A stretch of 56,184 nucleotides of DNA, filler included, from Platydemus manokwari (taxonomy: Eukaryota), in the NCBI GenBank assembly GCA_037951405.1. It is 5 parts of 5 records of this genome, joined end to end, with 100 filler letters (N's around TTAATTAATTAA, not from the genome) between each part and the next. Parts side by side here need not be neighbours in the genome. Positions count along the whole stretch, not along the records: positions 11,651 to 21,808 come from JBBMOY011162658.1; positions 21,909 to 32,256 come from JBBMOY011142326.1; 3 more parts are not named here. One strand, 5' to 3'. Both the position numbers and the translations under genes were made by a program. Positions 14,101 through 28,479 of the stretch are shown here, piece by piece. The notes beneath the pieces are model-generated. The model was not told the DNA's origin and ran no database searches. It saw nothing but the letters and a program-made list of their open reading frames with translations. Within the stretch, counting starts at the first letter, position 1; every line of letters begins with the position of its first letter.

Positions 14101-16679
14101 TGTGAAATTTCATTTGTACTTAACAATGGGTCCCTAGTTTTTACCAAAGGATGCATGATATAAGTTTTCCCGTGATTATGCTATCGACCGAATTATTTAA
14201 TATCTAACAGAAATTTATTCAAAGATACTTGCAACATTCTTCGGTACTGAAAATAAGTACTTTCTGTTAAATCTTATAATGGTAATTAATAATCCAACAA
14301 CTAACGTTTATATTAAAAAGATGTTTACAAATCCATGTTTCACTCAAAGATTATCCGATTAATTAATAATTCGTCTTTATTTTTAGCTAAGATGGTAATA
14401 TATTCGATGTAAGCAAGGTATATGATGATATAGGGCTGAAATTTTATATATAATCGCTGAAGAATAATATTAAAGAATTTTAAATACCTTATCTAACGAC
14501 AGTGAACAAAATTATCATGTTGATTTTAACGTATTTTTACATATTAAAATACTTTATCTTAATTTAATTTGTAACAAACTTCTTAATAATGTTAACTTAT
14601 TTTTCATCGTCACTAAATCTCGAAATATTGATTGAGCAAATATTGATTGTTACAACTTTAAGTTTGTAACCATGTATATGATAACCTTTGCCATAACATT
14701 TAAATGATATGAAAATATTTCGATAAGATTTATGACGTATCTTTTCACTTTTATTATGTATGTGATAAGAAATTGATAGGTTGCTATTTAATATTTAACT
14801 TTATATTATCCATACAATTCTTAGTATTTTATTGGAGTATTATGTTTTTAAATTTCTTCGTTGGGATATGAATGGTTTGTTAATTTATGAATTAATGTTC
14901 TACTTGCAGAATGCAATCAATAATTTTTTCTACTTCTAAGTGCATGTTAATGATGATATCTAAATATCTTTTGGATCAAATTAAGTTTCAGATGTGTCCG
15001 AACCTAGTAATTCTGATCAATGTTCTTCATTTAATATGATACAATAAACGAATTTCTTATTAAATATCAAATTTCAACAGGGACTTACTTATTCACATGT
15101 TTTCATTCAAACTGTTTTCCTCCATCATTCAATGTATTATTTTGATATTTCCTCAAAGCAAATTTCTGACGTTAAATTTAAAATTTGACAAGTCATATCA
15201 TTCTGTTTGGAGAGTGTCATTGAACCTACCAGTTTACTATGTTTATAAACAAATATGAAGGTAATTACAATATTATATTTTTCCTTATAAACGATAGTCA
15301 CAAATACTTTTTATATTAAGTAAATTCCTTGCTGTTATTCTCTTTGTTTAACGTAAAAGTCTTTCGAAATTGTCAAAGAACTTATTCGCAAGCTTTTACC
15401 TTATGAATGTACACAAATCTTCTTAACTAGATATAATTTAAAATTTATATTGAATAAACTTAACAAAACACACACTAACAGTCATAACAGTGTTAATCTT
15501 TTATTGACAACTATTTTCATTTATAATTTATTGATTCTCATATCCTTAGTGTAACCTAATGATGCAGAAATAGATAAATGTAATATAAATCGCTTATATA
15601 ACTATTTAACAGCAACTGTAAATCTCTTAGTGAAAACTATTGTTAATTATAATTTATTGATTTTTCTTAACCCAAGAATTTAGAAATAAATTAGGCTATG
15701 TAAATATTGAGAACAAACACTCAACGATCAAGAAACGAAGAAGCCTGAGAAATTTAAAGAGGACAAGATATTACAAAACAGAAGATATTTGTCTACCAAA
15801 GTGTTGAAATAAAATTATAAATTTAATCGTATTAATGAAAAAATTAGATTGTTTAAAAAAGTTTTTGTGCCTCACTTTATTTACAGTAAACTAAAATTTC
15901 AAATACTTTAAATATTTACTGATTCTCTATTAATTTAAGCGATAATTTAAGTTTAATAAATATCTAAAAGTGTGTTTTTGTTTAAGTTTAATTATTAAGA
16001 ACTAAAGATATATAAATAATTATAAAAAATAAGTTATACTTGATAAACAAATTTATTAAAGTAATGCAATGAAACATGAACTATTTTAGTTTTATTACCC
16101 GTGGTTATTTACAAAATTTATTTCAGTTAGTACATGGTTGGATATTCATTTTAAATTTATTTAGTAAAGAATTTTATGAACTATTTATTCTTCACCTGTG
16201 AAAAATGGAAAGGATGATATATTGAAGCAGGTACTGTTAAATGAATGAATAAAGAGAACAAATTTAGATAAATGGTGAATGTTGGTGTTCTATCTCGAGA
16301 TTTGAAAAATCGTGTAGACTTGCTAAGCATTATCTACTAAGATGTTAAAACAAAATAATAAATCCATTTGAAACAGGTTAATATATTAACGTTATTGCTA
16401 TTGATATCGTAAGAGTGATCAAATCAACTTATTAATATTTGCTTCTTATCAATGTTTACTTTTCATCTATTATTTATAATCTATAAAAACGTTTATCTTA
16501 TTATTCATGTTCACCATATTGTAAACTATTTTTTTCTTGAAATTAATCGTAAGTAATAGTAAACTTTTTATTTTTTCGTTTTGCAGATTAATAATGATCT
16601 TTCTAAATATTTTGATTTCTTAAATGTACATTTTAGCATATTCTTGTGTTTCTATTTATTTCCTACTCAATCTCAATAT

Positions 16680-17191
16680 TACCGTAAAATACAAGTATTA
16701 AGACCCCCTCATTTTTAGATCAAAAATTTTAGAAAAACCTAAATTACTTTATTCGTCATAGTGAATAAATGATATTGTTCTTCACTCTTAAACATATCTT
16801 CTATTTCCAAGTGTTGATTAACCAGTTCTGTAGCTAGTTCTTCTATTTCCTTATCATCTGTGTCTGAGGAATCAGTTTGGGCAAAATAGCACCATCCTCA
16901 AAGCCAATTTTTGCAAGTTCAACCACTTAAGCTTGTTTCTTGCAGTATAGGAATTTCGCCTTTCAGCCATTTTATGGGTATCAGAAAATTGCACACAAAT
17001 TTGTTAGCTGAAATATAAATTTGTTGTGTAGCATCATAAAGCAGCTGAATAACGGCAGAAAACTAGCTAATCACATGCATTAATGGTTGATCCAGCAAGC
17101 CATGTTGCTGACTACATCTATTAAGACCCCCTGGATTTTAGACTGCATTTTTTTGCAAAAATGTAGATCTTACTACGCGTAATCTACGGTA
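16680..17191. mobile_element. pogo/Tigger-like MITE (~510 bp)
   Basis: Termini TACCGTA...TACGGTA with a TA target site and imperfect ~25 bp TIRs (taccgtaaaatacaagtattaaga vs taccgtagattacgcgtagtaaga). The subterminal motif TATTAAGACCCCCT repeats at ~16697 and ~17119. Confidence 0.75.
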
Positions 17192-19016
17192 AATACTTTT
17201 CAGAAGTATGTCAAGTAATTCTTTATAGATAAAATGTAATAAAAATTAGTTCCACTATGTATAAAATATTAGTCTCTCAATACTTGTTTAAGAAAATAAA
17301 GTACAGAGATACATACAAATATATATGCTCAAATATTCGAAAGTTTTTGTTATAAATTTAATAACAATAAATTCCCATATATTTTTAATTATAAAGTAAG
17401 AATACTGCAATGACACCATAAAACCTTTAGAATTTTTTTTACAGATGTTGATCACAAGGACTCATGATCATCCACACATTTTAATCAACCAATCAATGTC
17501 AAGATAAACTTCATATGCTCAGAATAAATATTCACATAAACATAAGGTAACAAATAATCAAATGAATTAATCAAAACACTCAAAAAATATGAAATATCAA
17601 TTAAATTTTCTGAAATAAAAATCATCAGTTGTCATGAGCTATTACATATCACAGTGAAAAATATGGCGATATTCGATTCAGGGGTCTTTAGTAGGTTGTG
17701 TCCTTATTTAATTGTGATATTTTTAAGTTTTTCTGATTTGTAGTTAAGATTGTTGAAAAGAAAATCTGAGGCATTTAATAATTATATACCCACATTACAA
17801 TATTTAGAAAAATATTTCAAATATTCTTGTGAAAAAAATTTCATTTGGTCCATAGCAAATAAAATGTAAAATACATAAATAATTAAAAATAACATATTGA
17901 TTTAACCTTATATAAAAGAGAAATAATATTTACTAATTGAAAAAACAACTACGACTTTAAAAGGCGATTTCTTTCATGATGAGATGATATTTCCTTACTT
18001 GATCAATCACAAAAAAATCGGCATAAAATTAGTTGTGATTGTTTTAGAATAGAAATATAAATATAGAATACAATCTATATTTAAGGAATATCGAGTAAGT
18101 ATTTTGTTTTAATAAAAAATTATTTATAATATGATTTTTCTTTTGTTGTAAAACACTTTGCAAGAATTTTAGGCTATTAATTTTTGTTTTGTTTGTACTT
18201 TATTTATTTTCATTTATTCGCATCGTCATGTTTATCGGTTTAAATGATGTCAGTAAATTGACGTGAATTAAAAAAGGAATCTAATTGAATTTTGTTTAAA
18301 TGTTCAAACATGTGCACACCGAGTAACAAATGTGGTTAAATTTTGGATAGGGAAAAATATATTAAGCAATTTAAAAATCATCTAATTCCAGATTACAAGA
18401 CACAGCTAATGATAGCTGGACATTTCTAGTTGCAATCATGGCACTTTAAAATTAAATATTGTTTATTTTCAATATTTTCTGATAAATACACGGGTCTATT
18501 ATTGTTATGCAATATCATTTACTAATAAAATTGATTTATAATTTCAAAGGAAAGAGATTGTAATTCGAAAAATATTGTAAACTAATGTTGCTACTCTTAA
18601 GAGAAAAAAGGAAAATTATTTGTTAATAATAATATTTGAAATTTTTTATGTATGAATTAATTTTTAATCATAATTTAATTAAGTGAAAATGTTTTTAAAA
18701 TACTTTAAAAATAAAAATTTATAATAAAATTCCTTAGATATCAACAAATTTTATCATGACACAATTAAAGCCTAAGTGTTAAATCGAGCGACATTTTGAT
18801 ATAAAAATTTCTCTTAATGATTTTGTTATAAATTTATTTTATTTTCAAAGTGTCAAATTGGGTTTTAATCTGACTTTGATATCAGCAAAATTCTGATAAA
18901 TAAAAAATACATGATTCTAATAATTATAAAGATGAAATAATATCGATTTGACTACAGCACAAAGGATATTATTTATAATTTCCATATAATTCTGGAATTA
19001 ATTGGTTTTTATTAAG

Positions 19017-19228
19017 GACAAAGAAATCAAACGATTAGAAGAAACCATCAAAATTAAAAATGAACAAATTAGTGAATTGGAAAAGGATTTATCGGGTTTC
19101 AGAAATATTCCCGTAAAAATGTTTAAGAAGGAGGCTCGCGGCATTGGCATATCTGCAGAACCCAGAGGTCATACTTTTAATCATGATCAAATTCCAAAAT
19201 GCCTAAATCACGTGAAAAAAGAAAAAAA
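19017..19228 (+). CDS. cGMP-dependent protein kinase (PKG) N-terminal exon: leucine zipper + autoinhibitory segment; rest of gene not in this contig
   Basis: DKEIKRLEETIKIKNEQISELEKDL is a heptad coiled coil. It is followed by ARGIGISAEP, matching the PKG pseudosubstrate (RAQGISAEP/RQAISAEP). The exon is flanked by AG (19015-16) and GTAAC (19229). Confidence 0.75.
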
Positions 19229-21739
19229 GTAACAATTTAAAATTTAGTTAAATACTATAAGGAATTTCTCAATTAAATTATTAAACAAAAATTGTTAGAA
19301 TTCGTAGTTAAGGAAATTGATTTTCGGTATCTGTTAAGATATGAATTTCAAATTAAATCGATTATTTTCATGTGTAAATCGATTCTCATGAGATTATTCC
19401 CTCATTTAAAATTCGAACTCAATTTGACAATTAAAATTAGAATTTTAAATGCGAGAATTTTTTATTTAACGGATTGAAATTGTTTTTATTTGTAGATTAT
19501 CTAATAATAAACCATAATGACGATATAATTTTATTTATAATTCCTCTAGTACATGTCATTTTAATTTAAAGCATTCATCGTATATTCCCTTTAAAAATGA
19601 AATACGATAATAATATTGAGAATAGGCAATATTACGTGTGACTAACAAACATAAATGAAACGTTTAATTTTAATACTGAGTCTGTAATTTGTACATAAAT
19701 ATAAAAATTTACCAAAAAATGCCATATGATTTTGAGCCAAGTTTAAGGAAATACTTGCTCAGATGATAAAACAATCACACAAAATTCAAACAATTGTAAA
19801 AACATTATTTAAAAATCATTGTTATAAGCTTATGTCGTACTGACAAGCTGGTAACGTTGCTGATGAAATTTTCAAATAGTTTTATCGTGTTTATTTCGAT
19901 TAATACATGAAATATTAATAAATGTGAATTAGCTAAAATTCAAAACTGATTAATAAAAACAGGTCTTTCTTTACAGTGATTAAACGACACGAAGTGAATT
20001 GTAATTCAATTTTAAAAACAATATTTTTCCTATTAAAAATTAATTATAAAAGGCAATTATACTTTTGGATCCGTTTCGCAATTTTTCTAAAAGTAAATTA
20101 AATAATTAATTGCTTAAAAAAGTAAAAATGAAAATATTTTTTTAAGAAGTTTCTTAAATTATAATATTTAATTTCGGTATGCTTTACTTTTTTAAAAATT
20201 TCTGTTGTCTGTGATTGTCAAGTTGACTAAAATAGAACATACGTAATTCTAATTACGAACATTAATCACATATCCACATTCGAAATTGTACGCAAATTCT
20301 CAGGAATCGAAAAATGCGATAAACTGATAAGTTTCTTGGTCACATTAATTAAAAATTTATGATGAAATATCTTCTATTAAAGTTGTTTTATTAATCAATA
20401 AAGATCTAAATAAGATGAACCTAAAATTCTACGCAATTATTTTTTACTTTGATAATTTTAAATTCTCTTATCATTTACTCAAACCATACTTAGAAGAGTA
20501 TTGTAAAACAATGAGATATAATTTCTGCATTCTTTTTCTCTGCTAGAATTTTTTTCTATCTTTCTTTCAATGTTTTTAAAACACCATGCCTATTTTCGCA
20601 TACATATTTTCTCTTGTAAATTTCAGAATTCATTTTGTCTGTTTTCGTTTATGGAAATTTTATTAAACATCCATAAATCTTTTATTAATTATTTATAAGA
20701 AACTGTTTTCAATAAATTCAATATAATTTTTGAAAATTTTCTGACTTGAGGAATAACGTTTCAAATAATGTTTTATAATCAAAACACTTTGTTCAATTGT
20801 TTAATGTGTAATTGTTCTGTTTATATATCAATATTCCAATAAACATTCAACATAATAATAAAAATTTACAAACAATTAACTTTCCGAAACCAATGTTTTT
20901 TATCGTAGCCTACTCGAAAAAGTTAGAATATTTAAATTTCAATTTCCAGGATATAGCAAGAATAAATAACGAACGTAGCTAACTGATATATTTTAAAAAT
21001 CAAAAAATAAAATAGTCTATTATAATTCTTTATTATAACAGAAAAACAATTTTGTGATTACATTTGATGTAACATCGAAGCATGACTGGATAAAAGATAA
21101 ATTATATTGATAATATCAAAATTGATAAATATTTAATTAAAACATTAAATCGACTCATAACATTTAGTATATCGAGGGCAACTACCAGTATTTTATGGTC
21201 AATAAATTATGTCTCTATTTTTACTTTTCGGGTACTGATTTCGTCTTTGATTTGACATAATAATTTATATGCAGTTTTAATTAATACATAGAGTCAATTC
21301 CAAATATAAGTTTGGCTAATAAAACTAATCTGCAATTAAACACTAGAAGCTATTTTGGTTGGATACCTTTCACTTACACTATTGTAACTTTATATTTAAT
21401 CTTTATGATACTATATTAGCGATATATTAACATACCGATGTCCTGTTGCAATGGTTTACCAATAAAAAAATGAGAATACTTTTATATCATTAGAGACATA
21501 TTTTCTCATTATTCCTCGAAATTGAGGAAGTTACAACTATTGCTGTTTATCCAACTTAAACTAAATTTTGATGCACATCAGATGATCGTACCCTAGTAAA
21601 ATGACTATTTGTGACTCACTTTAAAATTTAATATCACTTTATTTGATTACTGACATCATTTTTCGTTTAAATCATTTTTTAAATTTCTTCATTTTATTAA
21701 TTGTTTATTTAGGTATGTTTATTTTATATTTTTAATAAA

Positions 21740-21808
21740 TACCAGGTTGAGTCAAAAGTTATTCATGTTTTTATGCAGGTATTTTATTAACACAAATTGT
21801 TATAACGC
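21740..21808. mobile_element. Mariner-like terminal inverted repeat at contig end
   Basis: TA-CCAGGTTGAGTCAAAAGTTATT resembles mariner TIR starts (CCAGGT / AGGTTGGTGCAAAAGTAATT). Truncated by the gap. Confidence 0.4.
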
Positions 21809-21908
21809 NNNNNNNNNNNNNNNNNNNNNNNNNNNNNNNNNNNNNNNNNNNNTTAATTAATTAANNNNNNNNNNNNNNNNNNNNNNNNNNNNNNNNNNNN
21901 NNNNNNNN
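21809..21908. other. Artificial contig linker N44-TTAATTAATTAA-N44
   Basis: Same 100-bp construct. Confidence 0.98.
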
Positions 21909-22040
21909 GAAAATAACAAGATAATTAATAAAAAATATTTTGGCTAATTTGAGTTTTTTGTAAACCTATCATAGTTTTGGCCCTCCACATTTTAAAAAAC
22001 AGCAATATGGCCCTTTGCTGAAAAAGTTTGGAGACCCCTG
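21909..22040. mobile_element. hAT (Charlie-like) element terminus
   Basis: ...TGGCCCTTTGCTGAAAAAGTTTGGAGACCCCTG (reverse complement CAGGGGTCTCCAAACT) is followed by TTCTAGCA, close to the Charlie nTCTAGAn target. GGCCC subterminal motifs are present. Confidence 0.7.
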
Positions 22041-23708
22041 TTCTAGCACATGAAATAAATGATAATAGAAATTAATAATATTCGAATCGAATATTATTCG
22101 TTATAAACTGAAGTTTTTTGATGTGCTTTTTGACCACAACATCAGATGAGTGACGAAACTTGTTACTCAATGGATTTCTCAACAAAATCCTTTTAACACG
22201 ACTGTAATATATACCAAGAATTATTATTATTGGGAGTCAAGAAAGGATTTCACGAAAATGCACCGATTTTGAAAAGCTTATAACACACTGAATAGAGAGG
22301 AGAAATTTTATATGTTTACGATTGAATGAACCACATAAATTTTTTATGAATTTAAAATTGTATTGAAAATAAGTTAATTCACATAAATAAGATAATTACC
22401 TTGATCATAAGATGGAAATCTTCCTAAAATAATTAACCGTAACATAACTTAAAAACAACTATGAACAAAAACGTGCACTGAGTTTAGTATTGAAAAACTA
22501 AATTTATAAAACCAAAAAAATTGCATGTATTACTGATACTTGTGAAAGTAATAATACATTTCTCCAATAAATATCGAAGGACAAGTGAGAATATCACCAG
22601 AAATTCGTTTATGGTACACCAGTTGGAAGTAAAAATCAAACCAAATAAAATAAACCGTTTGTAAGTCACTTCATAAATGAAAGTTTTGGTATCAAACATT
22701 TATCAACATAAATAATTTCCAAATAAAAAAAAACGGATCACATAAATCAGATAAAACATATCCAAACTAGTTGATATCGGATCAATGAATTAACAAAACA
22801 ACAACTGGACATTAAGGAAATGAATCTATTTCTCTCATTGACAAATCAATGAAGCGCCATATGTAACAACTTGAAAATATTTTTATAAACAACTACCCAA
22901 GCTATTCGTTGTTCCAAATCGTTGTGAAATCAATATTTCTATCTCAATAAATAATTTTTTATTGATTTACATTTGCCTAAACATTTTCGATCAATTCTCG
23001 ACTCCATTATTGTCCAATTATCACAGCAATAAATTACAAAACTGAATTACAGCATAAATTTCAAAAAATCCTTACATTTGCTTTCCAGCACCGACATTAA
23101 TCGAATCCATTTTTTTAATTGGAAAATGATTTTCATGATCGATATCGGAATTTGGATCACAAATCAATCTAATATTTCACCATATCAATTAATGTACCAA
23201 AGCAGTTACAACAATCAAATGTAAATATATTTCCTGAGATTTGTAATAAAATCAGCAGCTTGTTCCGACAATTTTCCATGCTTATTCAGATGATCGAATC
23301 CTTGAAAGATTCCATATTATTGATTTCGTGTTCATTTGGATGGATATCAATAATATCAATAATAATAATAATAATCCAGTTAATAACACCATATTGATTG
23401 AAAAATGTCAAAATACACAATTTATTAAATCATATTTCCACAAAAATAAATCAATATCACTCAATAATACACACACAGAAAATAACCAACTGAATGACTC
23501 ATACGGCAGTTCTACAAATAATGATTACCATGGTGATGATTTTTAGAAAATCAATCATTTTTAATGGTAATTTATATCAAACCAATTTCAATAAAATATA
23601 TTCCAAAATAAAAAAAAATTCAAATAATCAATAAATTCCAACACCGGATCATTGTTTTTGCTCAATTCAATCGATATTTGTTGTTTGTGAACGCGCCAAA
23701 TTGTGTGA

Positions 23709-25058
23709 TCAAAAATGATCACAAATCGGTAATTTTTCCATCGCTCGAGCATAATCGTACTGTGTGATGTTGTCGTCATGATCACTGAACCGTTCACCGA
23801 AATAATCAAATATAAATGTCGATGGCATTTGTCGAGCGACGATTTTCATCAATTCATCATCGATTTGATTGCAATTCGTCAAGTTGAGCAATTTCAACTG
23901 CAACCATTTGTCGGGCAGAAATCGAAATGCCGTTCCACGAATGATGTGATTGCCAATCAGACTCAATCGTTCCATTTTCACGGAAATCGATACCAATCGA
24001 TGGATTCCATCATCGGTAATGTTCCAACACCATTGCAATGAAAGAACTCGCAGATTCTTTCCACACAGATGGAGAATCGAATTCAACACCTCATCATCAA
24101 TCACCGAACATTCGTTGAGATCCAAACTGATCAATTGCGTCAAAAGGCTTTCGTTTTCATGGAAAAGGTCGAGCATTGCCGGTTTCGATAGTTGGGTGGC
24201 TTTGTGAACTGTGAGATAGCGAAGATTTGCCAACGAACGGATCGGAATGATGGCACTATCGGTCAATGTGTCGGCATAACTGATGGAGAGAAATGATAAA
24301 TTCCGACAGAATGTCAACGCTTGCAGACCGATTTCACTCAATTCACAACCGTCGATCCAAATCGAATGCAGAGTCCGATGGTGTTTGTTGGCAATGGAAA
24401 CGATTCCATAATCACTGATATTTTGAATGCCATCGATATTGATCGCTCGTAGAGTGATTAATTTTTCAGATATCGCATACATCGTTTGGTCATTTAGATT
24501 GGAACAATGGGAAAGATTCAATATTTCCAATTTCGGTAGATATGTACACAACAAATCGATCATATCATGGTCCACGGATACCCCTTCGAGATTGATGTGT
24601 CTCAAACTGTGACCGTATTGACAAATTGACAAAATAGCTTCTTCGTATATATCACAAAATCCAATATCTAAACACAAAAGAAACGGACAACGGACAACAA
24701 TATGTTCCATGGCTTCATTAATCAATTCCAGACTACTGGCTTTTAAAACAGTTAATAATGGTCTTTGTTCTAGATAGACTTTAATTGTGGGTAGTGGAGT
24801 TTTTTTTTTTAATCGTAAAACTTTCAGTAAAGTTGGATCGCGTGCTAATTGATGCCATCGTTTATTTACCAATCCGACCGAACGTTGTAAATCGGCTTTA
24901 TTAATGAATTTGAATATGTTGAGCAATATTTCCGGTGGTAATTTGGCACTATGATCTTCATTGTCGATATATGATTTCACTGGGTGATTATCAATTATTT
25001 TCGAACTAAATGAATTAATTATGTTTTTAATTTTTTCTTTTGACGTATCAGAAAACAT
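23709..25058 (-). CDS. F-box/leucine-rich repeat protein (FBXL family, SCF substrate adaptor), intronless, 449 aa
   Basis: F-box LPPEILLNIFKFI...VGLVNKRWHQLARDP is followed by many Cys-containing LRRs (LNLSHCSNLND, LDLNECSVIDD, LSLQWCWNITD, LNLTNCNQIDD). The ORF is uninterrupted from ATG to stop. Confidence 0.93.
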   Translation of the reverse strand: MFSDTSKEKIKNIINSFSSKIIDNHPVKSYIDNEDHSAKLPPEILLNIFKFINKADLQRSVGLVNKRWHQLARDPTLLKVLRLKKKTPLPTIKVYLEQRPLLTVLKASSLELINEAMEHIVVRCPFLLCLDIGFCDIYEEAILSICQYGHSLRHINLEGVSVDHDMIDLLCTYLPKLEILNLSHCSNLNDQTMYAISEKLITLRAINIDGIQNISDYGIVSIANKHHRTLHSIWIDGCELSEIGLQALTFCRNLSFLSISYADTLTDSAIIPIRSLANLRYLTVHKATQLSKPAMLDLFHENESLLTQLISLDLNECSVIDDEVLNSILHLCGKNLRVLSLQWCWNITDDGIHRLVSISVKMERLSLIGNHIIRGTAFRFLPDKWLQLKLLNLTNCNQIDDELMKIVARQMPSTFIFDYFGERFSDHDDNITQYDYARAMEKLPICDHF

Positions 25059-28000
25059 ACATTTTTAAACAATAGATTTTTTAGGATTTAAAAATTAATA
25101 TTGCATTTAAGGACCGATACAAATGTATTGCCTCACATCCTAAAATGCAAATGAATTTAAGAAAATTTAGAAATTACTTAAAATTTATAAAAAATTATTT
25201 TGTATTAAATAAATATTAAAATTTACTATACTTTTAATTTAATAACATTTTAAATTACTGCCAAGGTACAATAATTGATTTGGTTAAACAATATTCTAAT
25301 AAAGAATAATTATTAATTTTTTAGATTAAAGCATAAATTTTTAAAATAACAACACAATAAATAATAAATCTCAAAAGCTATGACTAGAACTTTTTAGTAT
25401 TGATCAATAGTATTGCGTATCATTTTTAGTAACTTCCTTAAATATTTAATTACATGAGAGAAGGACTTGTATTTTGACATATAATTAATTAGGCATAAGA
25501 CTGTTACGGACTACAAAGCTATCATATGTCAAAGATGTTCTTTAAGTAACAAACTCTATTCTTTGAGCTATTAAATTTCATTAATCTTAATTGTCTTTTT
25601 TGCTAATAAATAAGATAGTCTATCTCGATTCACAATCTTTACATGGGTTGAAAATATTCTTTTATTTATTAGCAAACTTCAATTGTAATTTAGTTGATTT
25701 TAAAAAATTGCAAATTATCGATAAAGTTTATTAGATATTTTCAATCCAAAAATGATCACAAAATTATCCTTTCATCAAATCAAAATCATTTTAATTCATC
25801 TTCAAAAAACCAATTCAATGAAGCGTGAAAACTTTCTGATCAAACTAGCAAATTTGTTAAACTATATTTTCAGTTGCAACTAATTCGACTTAATTGTTTT
25901 TTTTCGACAATTATTTTATTTCCTGACTTAATCGAGCGAATTTAATTCAAAAATCAAACATTCAACCAATTATATTCGTGTTACGAGAAGTTTTTTGATA
26001 TATTTTTATTCTAAGCTTGTTTATCAAAACAAATTCAATCGTTTCTCTGATTTCTGAATATTGAAAATACGAAAGCAGTTTAATGACTTAAACTTCTACA
26101 ACTTAAGGTAATTAGACTTAAAAAGCACAAAGGGTTTAAAGGGAATTTCTGTCAGGTTAACTTACTTAGTGAGTGTTTCAAAGAGAAGCTCGATAGTTAG
26201 ATGAATTCTCATAATTTAAACTGTTTATTATTGATGTCAGAGACAATTTCTGTAAAATAACATCGGTTATCAGATTATAAAAATGAAAAAATTATCTCAG
26301 AGTCATAAAAATAATTTATTTTAAACTTTAATAAATATAAATTTATTAATAAAACTAAATTTACAACATCAAACTGGTTATTTCAATTGATTATAAACTA
26401 ATGACACATCGGTGTCTCGTTAAAAACTGGGTTTTAAAATTGTAAATCAAATTTGTTGACATTTATTTAAAGATAATCATTTAACTGAATTTTTGTAGCG
26501 ATTATCTGGTAAAATTACTTTTGAAAAAATTGCATTCATCAATATTTTTAGAATTTTCTAAGCATATTCTCAGTTTTATCAGAAAAGCACTAATCGAATC
26601 ACTTACACTTCGCAAATAATTAATTAATAAATACTTGTACTCTTTATCTGAACTTATATTTACAATAAATTTTATAATGGCCACTCATTGGTTTATTTAA
26701 AGGCTAATTGAAATAATAATATTACATTTTAAAATTATTTCATTAAATTAAACAATAAAATTTGATTAATATTTAAAATTATTCATTTTTATTTCATATT
26801 TAAAGGAAAATATTCATTTTTAATGAAACAGAAACAAGTATTGATTTTAGAATTTTGTTCTAAAATAGAAACCTGAAAAATCTCTAAGAAAAATTATACA
26901 AGCAAAAAATGTTCTTCAACTTTCTATACACACACATCCACGCACAAATATTAGATTCCAAAACGAGAGAATACAAAAACAATGGAAAATAATAAATAAA
27001 TCACTGAACATTACCGAATAGATTGTATAATTTCTGAGAAACATGTAATTAATTTTTCTTTAATAACCGAGCAGTATTTTTGTAAAATAAAAAAAATACT
27101 CAAATATCCACATCGAATTTTTCTTTCCATTTTGTTCCTGTATTTCCATCACCTCAACTTAATTACTCCACATGGACAATATCATTAAACCGTGATCATT
27201 AAGCAATATTTCTAGACAGTTGCATCTGTTATTATTAGCTTTTTGATTGAGGAAAACTGAGCATGCATTGAAGTTCTTTGATCCATCGTTCTGTCGAATA
27301 TAATTAGAAATTCATCATCTAATTAGAGATGTTCTTACACGACAAGAGAGATGATCAAAAGACCACTGCGCCCTTAAAAATATTCCTGGTTCCCTAATAA
27401 TAGACTAAAGAGAATGATGACATTAGCAAACATTTCTCGAATAATTTCATTATAAAATGAAATTTGAAAAATCATGCAGTGAAATTTCTTTGTATATTCC
27501 ATTTTAGAGATTTTCTTCCATTAATTTTGATTAAATTTGAGTTGATATTTTTTAAAAAATTATGTACAACATTTTATCACTATATGCATATACTAAATTC
27601 TATTTGTTTGAGATTTCGAAATGGTATATTTTAAAAATGTGGGTTAATTAATTTATTTAAAAAACATGCTTTTGAGAACAATGTAACTTGACTTTAATGA
27701 AAGAAGTTCGTTTTGTAAAACAAAACAACTTTATGTTATATAAAAAATAAAATTTCACTCGTGCAGTTTTCACATTATTTCGGACATGTCCTTAAATTTA
27801 CCATAAATTTTTTTGGCATTTTTATTAAAATTTTGATAAAAGGTTATGCTAAACATAGCTACCACTAGAAAGAGCACCAGTCACAGACAATGGACAAAAA
27901 TAATAGATCTGACTTTTCATAGTAATCTCTACATATTATCTATGTAATTGTCTTTTATCTGAAAACTTTTATGGGATATATTCATATCTTTATCATTAAA

Positions 28001-28479
28001 TTTTCGATGATAATAAATATATAATCATTAGATCCGTAACACAAAATAGATTTTCCCGAAAATTATTCAACTCGTTTTAATTTATTATAAATTCATTATA
28101 CATTATTATTGTTGAACTCGCACCATCAATTTCGGTATTGCATAATTAAAAAAAATTAAAAACGATAATTAAATAAATGCATTATTAAAATAGGATTTAA
28201 CAGTGACTGCATGCGCTATCTGCAATGAAATCCATTAATAAATTATGATAGGTTACCTTCGCGGTAGTGACAGTTGTGAGAATTAAACATTATATCTGGT
28301 ATTTAATTGGCAAAAAGATTTACAAATACGGTGAATAATGGATTACCTGTTGAGATTTTCAATCGATCGACCAAAGTTCACAATAATAAATCGTTAATAA
28401 CAATGGAATCAAAAATATATTTATCAAATGATATGACTATTGATTGAAGAAAAAATCCAGCGTTGATTAGTGTTTAGTT

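Noticed and set aside
22141-22165. CAGATGAGTGACGAAAC hammerhead-like core
   Set aside because: The core is mutated, stem II is too short and no stem I can be formed.
23588-24612. Short ORFs overlapping the F-box/LRR gene
   Set aside because: Antisense or alternate-frame shadows of the real CDS.
19017-25058. F-box gene nested in a PKG intron
   Set aside because: An artificial linker separates them and no downstream PKG exons are visible.
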